Shown: positions 1 to 12,800, counted from the whole stretch's first letter. The stretch is DNA of 63,503 nt, filler included, from Guillardia theta CCMP2712 (GCF_000315625.1; 5 parts of 5 records of this genome joined end to end with filler, not necessarily neighbours in it); one strand, 5' to 3'. A program made the numbers and translations. The notes: a model not told the origin generated them from the letters alone.

Positions 1-590
1 GAGGTGAAAAGTGATTGAAGATGTGCCTTCAAAGATGGGATGTCCTGCAGATGAAGCTAAATTGGAGACAAACTTGGCATGAATCAAGCAATGCTTGGCT
101 GGTGCAAGCCTCTAGGCTATCTGTTTGAAAGTCGAATGCCTGTGCTTGTCATGCTTGAACCATCTGTACAGTGCTATCTGTATCCAAGGCATCATGGAAC
201 CTGGAAGGAAAGATCCCTTACTGCATGCTCTCCATCCTTAGTCAGTATTCATGCCGCTAACAAATGAGGAAACACAACCATCATGGACATCTTGGTGCTT
301 TGCCGACATCGCATGCAGCGCAATTGCCATTCACGATATGTCGAACAGTTCCAAGAAAGAGATAAAAACAAAACTTAAAACTCTAAAACTGAAGGTCAAA
401 GTACTAAATATCAGTCAATTTTTAGGTTCTTTCTACCCTGCTTTCAAGCTATCTTGCATCCGTTCATGACAGCATTTCTCCTAAAACGGACGTCGGATTC
501 AAATCAGCACGAAGGTCAAGGTCAAGGTTAGGTCAACCCATAAGCCCCCTAATAAAATACTAGGAAAACTTTAGTTGCACTCTCTAAAAT
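1..590 (+). repeat. Long direct repeat, copy 1 (cut by the window start)
   Basis: Matches 5463-6052 at offset 5462. I saw one substitution (CATGGAACC vs CATAGAACC), and the small ORFs 79..267 and 251..469 recur at 5541 and 5713. Confidence 0.95.
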
Positions 591-965
591 AAGAGATGTA
601 TTGCCCCTACAATCCATGAAGTACCCGCTTGGACCGGGTCCTCCTACCCCAAAAGTACCCCACTAGCTACATTATGAAAAAGAGGATACGTGTCCTTGAA
701 AGGCCAGAGTGACAGGAGGCTGCCGCCCTTGCCGTGCATCGTAGCTGACGATCGCAAGTATGTTGTTTGCCCATGATGATATCCTCGAACGCATGTTTGG
801 GTCTGATACTGTGATGTAGGGGCATCTCACATTGCGTTAGTTGTGTCCACGGGAGGGAAGTATGAAGACGCCCAGGGCGAACGAACTCTCTCAAGACCGC
901 GACAACCAAGGTGAGACCTATCGATTTTGTACCAGTGTCGATCCCCCCCGTGCTGCGATGGCTGA

Positions 966-1830
966 GTGCGAGGCTCAATTTCTATATGGGAAGCTGACCT
1001 TGCGCGCTGCCTCCCAGGGCCTGAAAAGAAGAGACAAGATGTGAAGCAAGCTTCAACCCCTCGTTCCAAGACGGGTTCTGAGGAGATCCTCAATTCCGGC
1101 ATCTCTGCTGAAGCTCAGGACTCTAGGACTCAGAGGTCTCCATGGATGAATGAAATGGAGGGTGTACACACAGGGATGGAGGGAGTGCAATCAGAAATGG
1201 AGGGAGAACAACAAGAGAGGCGGAATGAAGAGATCCGAGATGTACAAGGAGAGATCAAAGATGTACAAGGAGGGATCGGAGATGTACAAGGAAAGATCGG
1301 AGATGTACAAGGAAAGATCGAAGGTGTACAAGGAGAGATCAAAGATGTACAAGGAAAGATCGAAGGTGTACAAGGAGAGATCAAAGATGTACAAGGAAAG
1401 ATCGAAGGTGTACAAGGAAAGATCGAGGGTGTACAAGGAGAGATCAAAGATGTACAAAAAGAGATTACAGATCTGTTGAAAAGGATGCAAGGTCAAAATG
1501 ACCCAGCTTGTAGAGGACAAGACGCAGCTTGTAAAGGACAAGACGCAGCTTGTAAAGGACAAGAAGCGGCTTGTAAAGGACAAGACGCAGCTTGTAGAGT
1601 ACCAGCAGCTGCTTGTAGAGGACAAGAAGCGGCTTGTAGAGGACAAGAAGCGGCTTGAGGGGCTTATTCCACGTCCTGTGCAACTTCGAGACAGCTTGTC
1701 AAGACCTGAAGGTGAAACAGAATTGAATGTGGCTATCATGGGTACTAAGAGGACTGATGCTAGTTGGCATGCTAAGTTTCTTGAAAGAGCTCTGGACTAC
1801 CGCACGCGCAGGAAAGGGCTTGGTGGCTAA
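966..1830 (+). CDS. Heptad-repeat coiled-coil N-terminal region of the Crinkler-like gene (frame change near 1490)
   Basis: 21-bp units encode DVQG(E/K)I(K/E/G) in ORF 966..1658, then (T/K)(Q/R)LV(E/K)DK heptads in ORF 1498..1830. It lies directly upstream of, and overlaps, the NTPase ORF. Confidence 0.55.
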
Positions 1831-3277
1831 TGAATACGTCAGCTTCTCCACATGCTTGGGAGGCTATGAGACACTTGGAAACAAGCTCTTCATACGAGCG
1901 TGCTACTTGAAGATGAGGGAGTTGATTGCCAATGATTTCAAGTTGGACCCAGAGACGCTAAAGGGCAAGGACTCCACTCAAGGATGCCATCAAGTAATCC
2001 TCACAGGTACTCCAGGGATCGGGAAGTCCTGCTTCGCATACTTCTTACTTCTTCAGCTCCTCCGGCCTGGTGAGGAAGTAGTGTATCAGATAGGGAGTGA
2101 ATATTGGTACTTTGATGGAGAAGCATGGAGCCTGCTCATGGATGGATCCGTAGCGCAACGCTTTCTTCAAACGTTTAGGCACTGGTATATCTGTGATCTG
2201 TTGAAAAAGCAGGGGAACTATTCGATATCACGAACCGCGAAGACAATCATAATCTCTTCACCGAAGTATGGGATGTTCAAGGCCATTGTGAATGCTGGAT
2301 CGGCGAAGAGATATTTCTTGCCGTTGTGGTCAGACGAGGAGATGTCACTCTTCATCAAGATGCAATCGGAGCGTGGTATGGACCCTGACGAAGTACAGAA
2401 GATCGTAGAGGATTGGGGCAATGTGCCGAGAAACATCGTCGTGAAACCTTTAGAGACACTTGGGCAGGCTGTTGGAGGAATAGATTCAGTGATATCACTC
2501 AAGAACAAGATGGATGCAGCAGTGAATGACGACCTTGGAATGCCATCGAAACTGATTCACCTTTCCCCCAGCACTGACTTCAGATCCTTTACCGCTCGAA
2601 TATGCTCGACGAAGGCCGAGAAGATGATATTTGAGACCCTTGTGAAAAGGGATTGGGATCATGTTGTCGACTTTGCTTTTTCGAGTCCTACTTATGGCTA
2701 TCAGTCAGCTGCAGGTGTAGCTTTTGAACACGTTGCGCATGAGGTGCTGAAGGGAGGAGGAATGTACCATCTGCAAAGGCTGGATAAGGATACGGGCGAT
2801 GGAAACGGGTCAGAAAAGCTGAAGTTGAAGGAATCGCAACCGTACAATGAATTTGCGTCATCAATCGGAGACTTGGAGGAGTGGGTGATCATGCCGGATG
2901 CATACTGTAAGCCAAAGGCATCGAACTTTCCTTGCATGGATGCGATGTTATTGTCTGCTAGCGGGGTTCTCTACATGTTCCAGATGACACGGGCGGGGAA
3001 ACATCCTATCAAAGTGGACTCATTACTCAACATCTTGAACGCTCTGCGAGCCAAGAACAAGTTTGAGAGGCAATTATTTGTGTTCGTTGTACCTTCAGGG
3101 CATGAGGAAATGCCCTGCTGGGGACGAGATCAAGGCTTCACATCTCAGGGAGTGAAGGCAAGCCAGGAGCAGGAGAGTCAAATCAGGGGAGTCACTCAGT
3201 ATATCATGATGCTTTCGAAGGAGGATGCGATGCGGAGGCCAAAGGGATGGATGACTGTCACTCCGCCACGTACGTAG
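1727..3277 (+). CDS. Crinkler/RHS-like protein: P-loop NTPase plus C-terminal PD-(D/E)xK-type REase domain
   Basis: Walker A ILTGTPGIGKS, then TIIISSP, YFLPLWSDEEM, WGNVPR, GVAFEHVAH, and REase motif PKASNFPCMDAM...LYMFQMTRAGKHPIK, all typical of CR-NTPase/CR-REase proteins. Confidence 0.8.
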   Translation: MWLSWVLRGLMLVGMLSFLKELWTTARAGKGLVANEYVSFSTCLGGYETLGNKLFIRACYLKMRELIANDFKLDPETLKGKDSTQGCHQVILTGTPGIGKSCFAYFLLLQLLRPGEEVVYQIGSEYWYFDGEAWSLLMDGSVAQRFLQTFRHWYICDLLKKQGNYSISRTAKTIIISSPKYGMFKAIVNAGSAKRYFLPLWSDEEMSLFIKMQSERGMDPDEVQKIVEDWGNVPRNIVVKPLETLGQAVGGIDSVISLKNKMDAAVNDDLGMPSKLIHLSPSTDFRSFTARICSTKAEKMIFETLVKRDWDHVVDFAFSSPTYGYQSAAGVAFEHVAHEVLKGGGMYHLQRLDKDTGDGNGSEKLKLKESQPYNEFASSIGDLEEWVIMPDAYCKPKASNFPCMDAMLLSASGVLYMFQMTRAGKHPIKVDSLLNILNALRAKNKFERQLFVFVVPSGHEEMPCWGRDQGFTSQGVKASQEQESQIRGVTQYIMMLSKEDAMRRPKGWMTVTPPRT

Positions 3278-4887
3278 TCAATCGCAAGAGCAGCGCCAAG
3301 GGAGTAGTTGGAACCTGGGAGGACGCGACAGAAGAAGAGAAGTTTTTGCACGTAGAGAGTCGCCTTGCAAGGTTGTGCATCCAAGACTTTAGAATCGTCA
3401 GGATTCCTGTGGGCGATCATTTCGAAATATACAAAGTTGCCAGAGCCCAGCAATCTTTGCGTTTGAGATGAGGACCTTCGTCGCGATGCTGTAGAAGCTT
3501 GCTAGAATAGATAAACGACACACGTGGCCATCATGACTCTATCTCCTACGAGCCTACTGAGCCTGACAGCGCCTTCCGCAGTGCGATGACTCGACGCTAT
3601 CCAATAGACTTTTCCACTGACGAACCGTGCTAGCAACTCGCAGATGGAAGTTTGTTTTGCGATGATGGTGTGAGTTGCTGCCGTGACCTCCTGCTTTCAT
3701 CTCACGTCACTGATTACTCTATGAATCAACTTCGCACATGGTGGTTCCCCTACACAGCGAGATGCTCCGGTCTATTCGGGACTTCTCTGAAGCCTAGCAG
3801 GATGTTCAATTCAACATTTACATGCGGCGAGATAATATCCGAGCTCTTCAACATCTGGTGCATATCTCCACACCTTTCCAAACCTCCTACCTCAGTTGCC
3901 ACTGCTTTCAAAGCCCCGCCGTTTCTCTTCGACTCTCTTTCTCTCAATCTTCCGCATCGATATCAATCCTTTGTCGCCTCATACTTGTCAATCTCCACAG
4001 CCTTGTAGTGCTCCATGTGCTAATACAGGTTCACTTCGGTACAGGCTGCCTCAAGAGCAAAGTAAGGCAATGACACTTAGATAGGAGCCGCCTGCGGCGG
4101 ATAGGGCGCCCACCTCGTAAGCCTTGGAGGATTTGGGCAAGTCAAGCATGGCAGGGAGACGATATGCGTCATTTCTTTGGGTGCTGATATTGACCCGCTT
4201 GGACGCCAGATCATGGAAAGCTTCCCTGTACTGATCACCCTCCAACGATCTCCTGCCTGGATCTTTGAGTATGTCCAAGATTGATTGGGCATGACGCCAC
4301 ATTTACGGCGGCGCTTCAAAGGTCTGCTCTCCTTCTCCGGTGCTGGTTTGTCGCATCTGCCGCAATGGTTTACCTCGCCTGCCTGGGCCACCACAGACGC
4401 ACAGACGTGATGGAAGAGCTGCTTGCGCTTGCACCATGGGACATGATACACGCCGATGCAAACAAGCAAGACCGGATCATTCGTCAAGTGTGGCTGCTTC
4501 GAGAAGATGACCGTAACTGGGAAACGTCATCTGTTCTGAAAACGTTTCGGTAAGAGCGATGCCTAGGATGTGTGTATGCCGGGACGTTGCCTGCTGCCAG
4601 TGATGACTGATGCAGGATGACATGCTTCTTGTGATGAGGGATGCTCTCTATAGACCCCACAAGCCCGCCTCATCGTCGAATACTCGGAAACGGAGAAGGC
4701 AGCGGAATCCGCTACTCAACCACGCAAGCGACGGCATGACGTAAAACTCTTGTTATCAAGCAATGGGTACCACGTGGTAGTATTCTTTTGTACCAGTGGA
4801 GTAGATCAAAACTTTTTATTGACTGAAAAAGAAGGGTAAACCGGAGCAAACAAAGGAGGACGAGGATAAAGCCTACAAACCCGCCTC

Positions 4888-4973
4888 AATAAAATACTAG
4901 GAAAACTTTAGTTGCACTCTCTAAAATAAGAGATGTATTGCCCCTACAATCCATGAAGTACCCGCTTGGACCG
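4888..4973 (+). repeat. 86-bp copy of 551-636 containing the 40-bp core also found at 6013-6052
   Basis: AATAAAATACTAGGAAAACTTTAGTTGCACTCTCTAAAAT-AAGAGATG...CTTGGACCG is identical to 551-636. Confidence 0.95.
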
Positions 4974-5462
4974 AAGGTCAGCCATGTGCTTAGCAATTAG
5001 TGGCTAAGAATATGAACGACCTCAACGATTGGCTTAGCATAGGGTCCCAACCGTTGCGATCTCCCGGTACCCATTTGAAGCCCTTCCTTCCCCGTTCCCT
5101 TCCATCATGCTCACGCCTGCCGTGACTCTGCTCGCCCCTGCCTTCCATCCTCCCTCTCTTCCCGCGCAGTCAACAACCTTGAAAGCTTGTAGTGTGGTAG
5201 ATCATGTTCCTCGTCTCACAGTATGCATATCAAGTTTCCGAGTGATCTATTTATGTACAATGCAAATTTGAATAAACAGGCTGAGCAAATTCACGGTTGT
5301 GCAACGCGTCTTACGCAAAACTCAAGGATATCGGAGAGCTTCCATGTACTTTACATCAATTGCTATGTTGTCATTTGATCTCTGACAAGTGCATCTATCT
5401 TCACTTGATGAAGATTTCAAGCACACAACACGTTATCAGCCAGTGAACTTTTGTATTTGAAT

Positions 5463-6052
5463 GAGGTGAAAAGTGATTGAAGATGTGCCTTCAAAGATGG
5501 GATGTCCTGCAGATGAAGCTAAATTGGAGACAAACTTGGCATGAATCAAGCAATGCTTGGCTGGTGCAAGCCTCTAGGCTATCTGTTTGAAAGTCGAATG
5601 CCTGTGCTTGTCATGCTTGAACCATCTGTACAGTGCTATCTGTATCCAAGGCATCATAGAACCTGGAAGGAAAGATCCCTTACTGCATGCTCTCCATCCT
5701 TAGTCAGTATTCATGCCGCTAACAAATGAGGAAACACAACCATCATGGACATCTTGGTGCTTTGCCGACATCGCATGCAGCGCAATTGCCATTCACGATA
5801 TGTCGAACAGTTCCAAGAAAGAGATAAAAACAAAACTTAAAACTCTAAAACTGAAGGTCAAAGTACTAAATATCAGTCAATTTTTAGGTTCTTTCTACCC
5901 TGCTTTCAAGCTATCTTGCATCCGTTCATGACAGCATTTCTCCTAAAACGGACGTCGGATTCAAATCAGCACGAAGGTCAAGGTCAAGGTTAGGTCAACC
6001 CATAAGCCCCCTAATAAAATACTAGGAAAACTTTAGTTGCACTCTCTAAAAT
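5463..6052 (+). repeat. Long direct repeat, copy 2
   Basis: Near-identical to 1-590. Identity ends at ...CACTCTCTAAAAT, just before the Crypton remnant. Confidence 0.95.
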
Positions 6053-6119
6053 GCACAGGTACGAATCAGTATGATAGATTTCTGATGTCTTTCCACCGAA
6101 CTATGTCGGTACCAGCACA

Positions 6120-6987
6120 AGGCGACGGTGAAGAGTCGGAGGCAGCCAGGAGCTCAACGGATTTGTTATCGTGCCGGAGGAGAGTGTGTATAGAAATGGA
6201 AAGGCTGGGGATCAAAGCTGATGAGATAGGAACACATTCTGTAAGGAAGGTGAATAAGCCAAGTTTGTGGTGAATAGTGACTCGAGCTTACTTCCGGTAT
6301 AGGGCGCTGCCACCTTCTGTGCAAGTGGAAGTACCCAATGCTCACCTGTAGTGGCACTTACAGGAAGAGCTGGGTGGGCAAATGGAAGGGTTTATGATCG
6401 ATACTTCAAGTTCGAGGCAGCAGGTAGAATTTTGCTAAGTTAGTGACATTTGAAATGAGTTATATGCTCGCAGGGGATGCTTTTGTTGGAAGGACAGCGG
6501 CAGGATTGCGCATCGATTCTGCCTGAGAATTTGCTATCCTTCCACCTCACTTTGGTCCTCAGCAAGACAGTTATGTCAGCGACGCAGTTCAATCGTGCTT
6601 CCCACACATCAGGCAGGAATTTCGAGGTGTAGCAGAACATGCTCTCGCGAGCTTGGTTTATCATTGGGACTATTTGAAGACTCGATTAGACGAGCATCAC
6701 CTGATGTGGAGCTGTGCATTGGTTCGAACAGAAGGGATGCTGGATGAATTGAAGCGTCGAGTGAAGTGTGGGTTGCCTGGTGACCCGCCGGCATCGAAAT
6801 GAGAAGTACTGGTTGCCCCCCTCATGTCATGCAGAACTTGCATTACAAGATGATTGCACAGGAGGTCAGACGACTCAAGGAGGAAATAAGCAAAATGAAG
6901 AAACGCCTCAGGAAGATGATCGGACGGAAATGTTCGTGCTACCAAACGTCGCCGTCAAACTCACAGCGATATAGAAGAGGAAAGTGA
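6120..6987 (+). pseudogene. Crypton-type tyrosine recombinase remnant with two short introns (6250-6302, 6424-6473) and an in-frame stop
   Basis: My spliced translation gives IGTHSVRK|GAATFCASGST...GRAGWANGRVYDRYFKFEAAG|DAFVGRTAAGLRIDSA*EFAILPPHF...LASLVYH...TGCPPHV, matching the Crypton HSxRKG / RAGW / DRY / LPPHF motifs. Confidence 0.85.
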
Positions 6988-6992
6988 GTTGC

Positions 6993-7152
6993 TCTTCCTC
7001 TTCCTACTACCACCTCTCCCTCTTCCTACTACCACCTCTTCCTCTTCCTACTACCACCTCTTCCTCTTCCTACTACCACCTCTCCCTCTTCCTGCTACCA
7101 CCTCTTCCTCTTCCTACTACCACCTCTCCCTCTTCCTACTACCACCTCTCCA
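6993..7152. repeat. Low-complexity tandem repeat (CTCTTCCTACTACCAC-type units)
   Basis: Directly visible; it follows the end of the recombinase remnant. Confidence 0.85.
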
Positions 7153-9152
7153 CATTCTTCATTTCGATGGGCCTTGTGACATTCTCAGCTGTGGCATCCA
7201 CCAGCCCCAGGTAGTTTCCGTCCCAGTCCAGCTACACCTCAACCTTGCCTCCCAGAAGGCGACTGTTATCTCTATAGTACGGCCGTGCAAGATCCTGACC
7301 TCCTCCCGGAACGAGGCTCAGCCGAGACCGGCGAGTACCGTACGGTCGGGGGCGTCTCCGACAGCAGGGAGCACAGGCCGGGGGGGCAGTGCAGCACTGG
7401 TCTGCTTCTGCTGCGATGGTAGGCCAGGCCAGTGACGCCGCTGCGGCACCGTGCGGGGGTAGAGCCTGCAGGCTGAGCAAGACAGCAAGAGAACCTGGCA
7501 GGACGTGGCCGAACCTCCAACTCTGGAGTCTTCACATGCTGACCAGGTACTAGCGGCACTGCAGTTGACCGGGACCCGAGTCAGTGGGACGGTCAGGGAC
7601 AGACCCTACGGTCAAGCAGCCCGTCGCTCCTGGCAGGACCGTCAGGTCAAGCGGCGTGTGCCGGGCCACGCTGAGGCTGCAGGCTAGGGTCTGGCAGCGC
7701 TGCAGCCTCGGACCCGGCCCGGGGGCCGGTCCCGGTCACCGGGTTCAACGGGGGGGGGCGGGCCGCGCCTGGCGCCGCGGGGGGCCGCAGTTTGTTCGCC
7801 GGGAGCCCGTCAGCCTGTGACTCAGTCGGACCTGCCAGTGACAATGCGCTCGCCGAAGGCCCGGAACACGTGACCGTACGGTCCCTGGGCCTCAGCAACT
7901 GGCCCTTGCCACGGATCGGACGGCCGTGTACGGTCCGCGCCCGCCGGGTGACGGTGACCATACGGTCCCGGACAGTCCCTGGGCCGCCCGGCGCGGCCCG
8001 GAGTACCCGGGGTTTGGAGTCACGGTCCCGGGCCTCTGCGTCAAACTTTCAGTGAACTTGAATCGTCACGATTCAGTGAAGCCGGCCCGGGCCCGCGGTG
8101 CGATCGGATCATCCCTGAGTACCGGGCGGCCGGCCCGGCCGCCCAGCCTCCGTATTCCGAGTGCCGCCCGGCGCCTTGCAACACTGACGAACTTTCAAAG
8201 CATGCACTTAATTGTAATGAAACGTGAGGAGACAACTTTTTGCGAATAAATCATAATTTTTATCTGTTTTGCGAATAAATCATTATTTTTATCTGTTTTT
8301 ATAAATCAATTTATAATTTCAATGATTTTTATATTCAATCAAAAAATCTGTTCATTGCTCTTTATTTTCTTTACCAAATCCCTATCATATTTTATTCAAT
8401 TGAAATAATAGCTGCGCATTGGTGCGGATTATCACACAAAATAACCAAAAACAAACGAGCGCACCCACGGAGTGGGCCAGAGCCAAAACATAATATTAAT
8501 TAAAATTATGAATCCTTCAAGGATCATATAAGTAATAAAAAAATCAATGTGGGGTGAAACCGCAAAATATTAAACACGTTGTTTTTGCGAACCCCCCTAA
8601 GTAACAAAATAATCTATCCCCGCCGCCACCCTCCGCCCCCTCCGCCTCTACCCCCCGCCTATTTCACATAACGGCTTAATTTTTCTTTTCTTTATTTTTT
8701 CCGCTCTATTACATGCTTAATATATTTGGCGGGGGGGACGGGGGGGGAAACTCCATTTTTCCATAGCTATATATATATGCCCACATGCCGGATGGTCTAA
8801 ATATATTTATCCTCAAAATCACGATTTTACCCCCCGCCCCCCCCCGCCTTACGTCTATTTACCCTACGTTTACCATTCTTTCACACTCCACCACAGCCAA
8901 AACATGGCGGAGGGACCCACCCGCCTACCTCCCCGCCTACCCCCCGCCTACCCCCCGCCTACCCTCCGCCTACCTCCTTTTTATTAAAATCCCTTTATCA
9001 TTACCATTATTATACTAAATTATATTCTTTATTTTATTATTATCTATCTTTCTTTATTATAAATGTCTTGTGACAATAGATATCAAAATTTATATCAATA
9101 TGTCGGCACTACTAATAACACCACCCCAATTAAAAAAACTATGTATTTATTT

Positions 9153-9608
9153 TTATAATGGTTCCGTCTCAAGGTCATAACTGATAGGACCAATTGGCAA
9201 ATATTCATCATCATCATCTTCTTCTTCTGAATCTTCAACGGTATGTTCAATCTGAATATTTTCCATCAAATATTCATATAATACTTGAAAGGCACAATGT
9301 ATTGTCAATCTCTTTATCTTCTGTTCATCACTTAAACCTTTGAGATCAGGCTCTCCATAGGTGCCTATATAATCAATTAATGCGCTTAGTTGGTTCTTGT
9401 GCTCGAATATTACTTTTTCATCTTTTTTGGTCATATGATGACTTGTATAAGTATCGACACTAATAAGCACCACGTCATAATATTCTCCCTCATCTTCCCA
9501 TGCCACGGTATCATATGACATATAGAAGCTTTCACGTACCTTATCGAAGATCTCATATAAGATCTTATTAAAGGCCCTATTGGTTGTCTTGTTCAATTCA
9601 ATGCTCAT
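9153..9608 (-). CDS. Hypothetical 151-aa acidic protein in the AT-rich island
   Basis: Clean intronless ATG ORF with the island's composition; no recognised motif. Confidence 0.65.
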   Translation of the reverse strand: MSIELNKTTNRAFNKILYEIFDKVRESFYMSYDTVAWEDEGEYYDVVLISVDTYTSHHMTKKDEKVIFEHKNQLSALIDYIGTYGEPDLKGLSDEQKIKRLTIHCAFQVLYEYLMENIQIEHTVEDSEEEDDDDEYLPIGPISYDLETEPL

Positions 9609-9821
9609 TGTTTTGGCTGCGGTATAGTGCTGAGATTCAACCCTGTTTCATTTTTTTGTTACTGATATAATAAGATTTTTCTATGTGATGCTTTTGTTGC
9701 CTATGCCAAAAGGTGGGTTGCCTGACCAGCCATAACACATATAAAACCTCTATGATCTACACATCTGGCCATAGCATAGACTAATACCCAAAAAAAAAGG
9801 ATTCCTTTATTATAAATAAAT

Positions 9822-12800
9822 ATGAGTTGCTGCCGTAACAGTGATAAGCCGCCATATCAATTTATAGGCAGCACAAATGGCACAACTCTAACGCCTATTT
9901 TTAATAAGATAAATTCAAATATCAATGTACTTTATGGTAATGTAGATATCCTTAATCAAAAGACTAACGATCTAGAAATTATCACCATTGAAACAAGCAA
10001 TAACTTGATAGAAACTAATGATTTATTATTTATCACTAGCAATAATTTAATTGAAACAAGCAATATATTATTTGCCACATCAAATTTTGTTCTAGATCTG
10101 CAATCTCTTATCAAATATAATGCTGATACTAATGAAACCATTATAACAAACAACAATAGGAATATATTATATGTCAAATATCAGACTAATCCTAATAAAT
10201 ATATCATTAAATTCACACTTGAAAATGGCTCATTTATTACAATCCAACAGATTAAACAACAATTAGATGATTTAAACAACAATGCTGCCGCGCAAGAAAC
10301 CGCAAATGCTGCCCAATCCTTAGAAGATTTGGACGATACGGCTGAAAATGGTTTTAATTTATTCAATGGGTTGGGCGAAATTGTTAAGGGAGGTCTTGCA
10401 ATTGGAACGGGCTTCATTGGGGGATTGATAGCGTCAGGAACAAACACCTCAAAAGCTGATGGCCTGTTTATTCTCTCGTGGATTAATGTTTTAAGATTAT
10501 CATTAGGTGTTGTTATCTCTGTTCTTGAAGATGAGGTTATAAATACTAAATTACAAGGTAGAGTCATTAAAATATATTCTAGGAATCTCACAGATGGTCA
10601 CAAGCTTGATTTAGTCCCTAATCAGGCATTTATATATGACGACACTTATAAAACTCTTGTCATTAATGGACAAGAACAGACAGTTTTAGACGAAAGAAAT
10701 ATTGTTTTTCAAGGTGAAGAAGTAATAACATTAGGCAATGAATTAACACAAGATGAATTAAATGAATTTGTATTTGGCAGCAATTATGAACTGCAAACAT
10801 TAAAGCAATATAAAACAATATTCAAAGGTAAAACTCTTTTTATTGATGATATTATTGTCCCTAATATCTATGACAAAAATGAGATAGATGATATAATTGA
10901 TAATACATCGAACATATTATATAATCACATATACGATGAGTCAAATGTACTATTTGATCATATATTGACTGAGTCCAATATACTATTCACCAAAATATAT
11001 GAAGAATCAAATGTATTATATAATCACATAAGAACAAAACATACAGCAAGCACACTTATAAACGATGTCAAACCTGGGTTTATAGGCAATCTTTATTTCA
11101 ATGACAATCAAGAATGGGAATTATCAACCGATTTCTACACAAAACAGCAGGGATTAGATACATTTCTATCATATAAAAATCTGGCAAGCTCAAACTTCCT
11201 AAAAACGGATGTCTATGCAAATTATCTCAATAGCTCTAATTTCCTAAAAACTGATGCCTACACAAATTTTATCAACAGTTCAAATTATGTCAATCAAACC
11301 CAAATGGCAAATCAATTTGCTCTAATTGGCGAATCATTCACAACAAAGAAGCTAACAGTAACTGGTCCTGATAGTCTATATATAGCCGATATCTTCCTAA
11401 AATTACAGGGCAATCAACTAATAGCACCGAACTATATTAAAAATCAATTGAATGATACATACACAGTCACTTATGATAATTGGGACTTTTGGAGTGGTGG
11501 TTCTCCTTATGAAACAGTGCCAACATATCCATCTCAAAACAGGGAATGGGTCAGGTATTATTTCGCTAATAGAACAACTGCTATCCCAGACAATTTTTAT
11601 ATCGAATGTTTTGACATTAGTTTTACGAATAAATTCTCTATCTATTTTTATTATCAATTTAGACCAAGTACAAATTTTATGAACCGCAAATATTACAGCG
11701 GCAAATACAATCTTTTCAATTACTATTTAGGTGGTTTAACAACCGAGAATATACCTAATAATAGAGGGTTTATTTGTTATCTAGATTATCAAATAACACA
11801 AGATGGCTCGCTAAATATTACCAACATATCTCTTGATTTAGTGTTTGAGATATATTATAAGAATACAAACAATGTTTTAAGCTACGAGAAGAAGACCATA
11901 AATATAAATGAATTTGCTTATGTTTATCCAAATATTGGCGGCCCTGTTTTTAGTGTTCAAAATAGTCGCATCGCTGAACTAAATTTTTATTGCTTTGTTC
12001 TCCGTGAAGATGGAACCATATTTTATACAATACGCAATCAATTTGAATTGAAGATTGAGGGGACAACGCAAATAACAAATTTTAAAGAGTTATATAATGT
12101 CAATGATAATAATCATTTTAGAATAATAGACCACGAGCAAGGGCCAACAGGTCAAGAGGCTATAAATTATTCTAATAAACTTGATTTAATAGCAATAAGC
12201 AAATCTATATCTTGGACCCTTGAGACCATAAATCTATTTTGGACTGAGAACAAGTATTCTGATGCTATCAATCAGATATTTAACAACGATTTATCGGCAA
12301 AGATTAGCGGTAAATTAGAGGTTGATTTTATAGATATTAAAAGGGGTAATCTTAGCGTTATAGATTTGAGCACGCAAACGGTTGTAGCTCAAAACATGTC
12401 TGTGCAAAATGTTGATATATCAACAGTTGCCACAAGCCTTATCACAAGTGGTGGAGTTGGTAGGAGGAGTTTATCTCTAGGAGGAACAACGGCAGTCACA
12501 AAGGTGACTGATATATATGATGACCAAAATAGAACCGGAATTGTTAAGATAGCATATGATAATACAACACAACAAAACATATCAACAATAGAAAATTTTC
12601 AATTAAACTTTACAAATACAAAAGACGGGAATGTTTCAATTACATTAGATAATTATAATGATGTTAACATTGCCTTGCCTGATGGTATAGCAGGGCCACA
12701 AGGCGCAACAGGACCGCAAGGAGCAACAGGACCACAAGGAGCAACAGGACCACAAGGAGCAACAGGACCCCAAGGAGCAACAGGACCACAAGGCGCAACA

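Noticed and set aside
3600-4560. Short overlapping ORFs downstream of the CRN-like gene
   Set aside because: Stop-riddled and without a motif I can assign; possibly a decayed gene.
1-6052. 590-bp direct repeats as LTRs of an LTR retrotransposon
   Set aside because: No gag, RT or integrase between them and no clear TG...CA ends, PBS or PPT; the first copy is also cut by the window edge.
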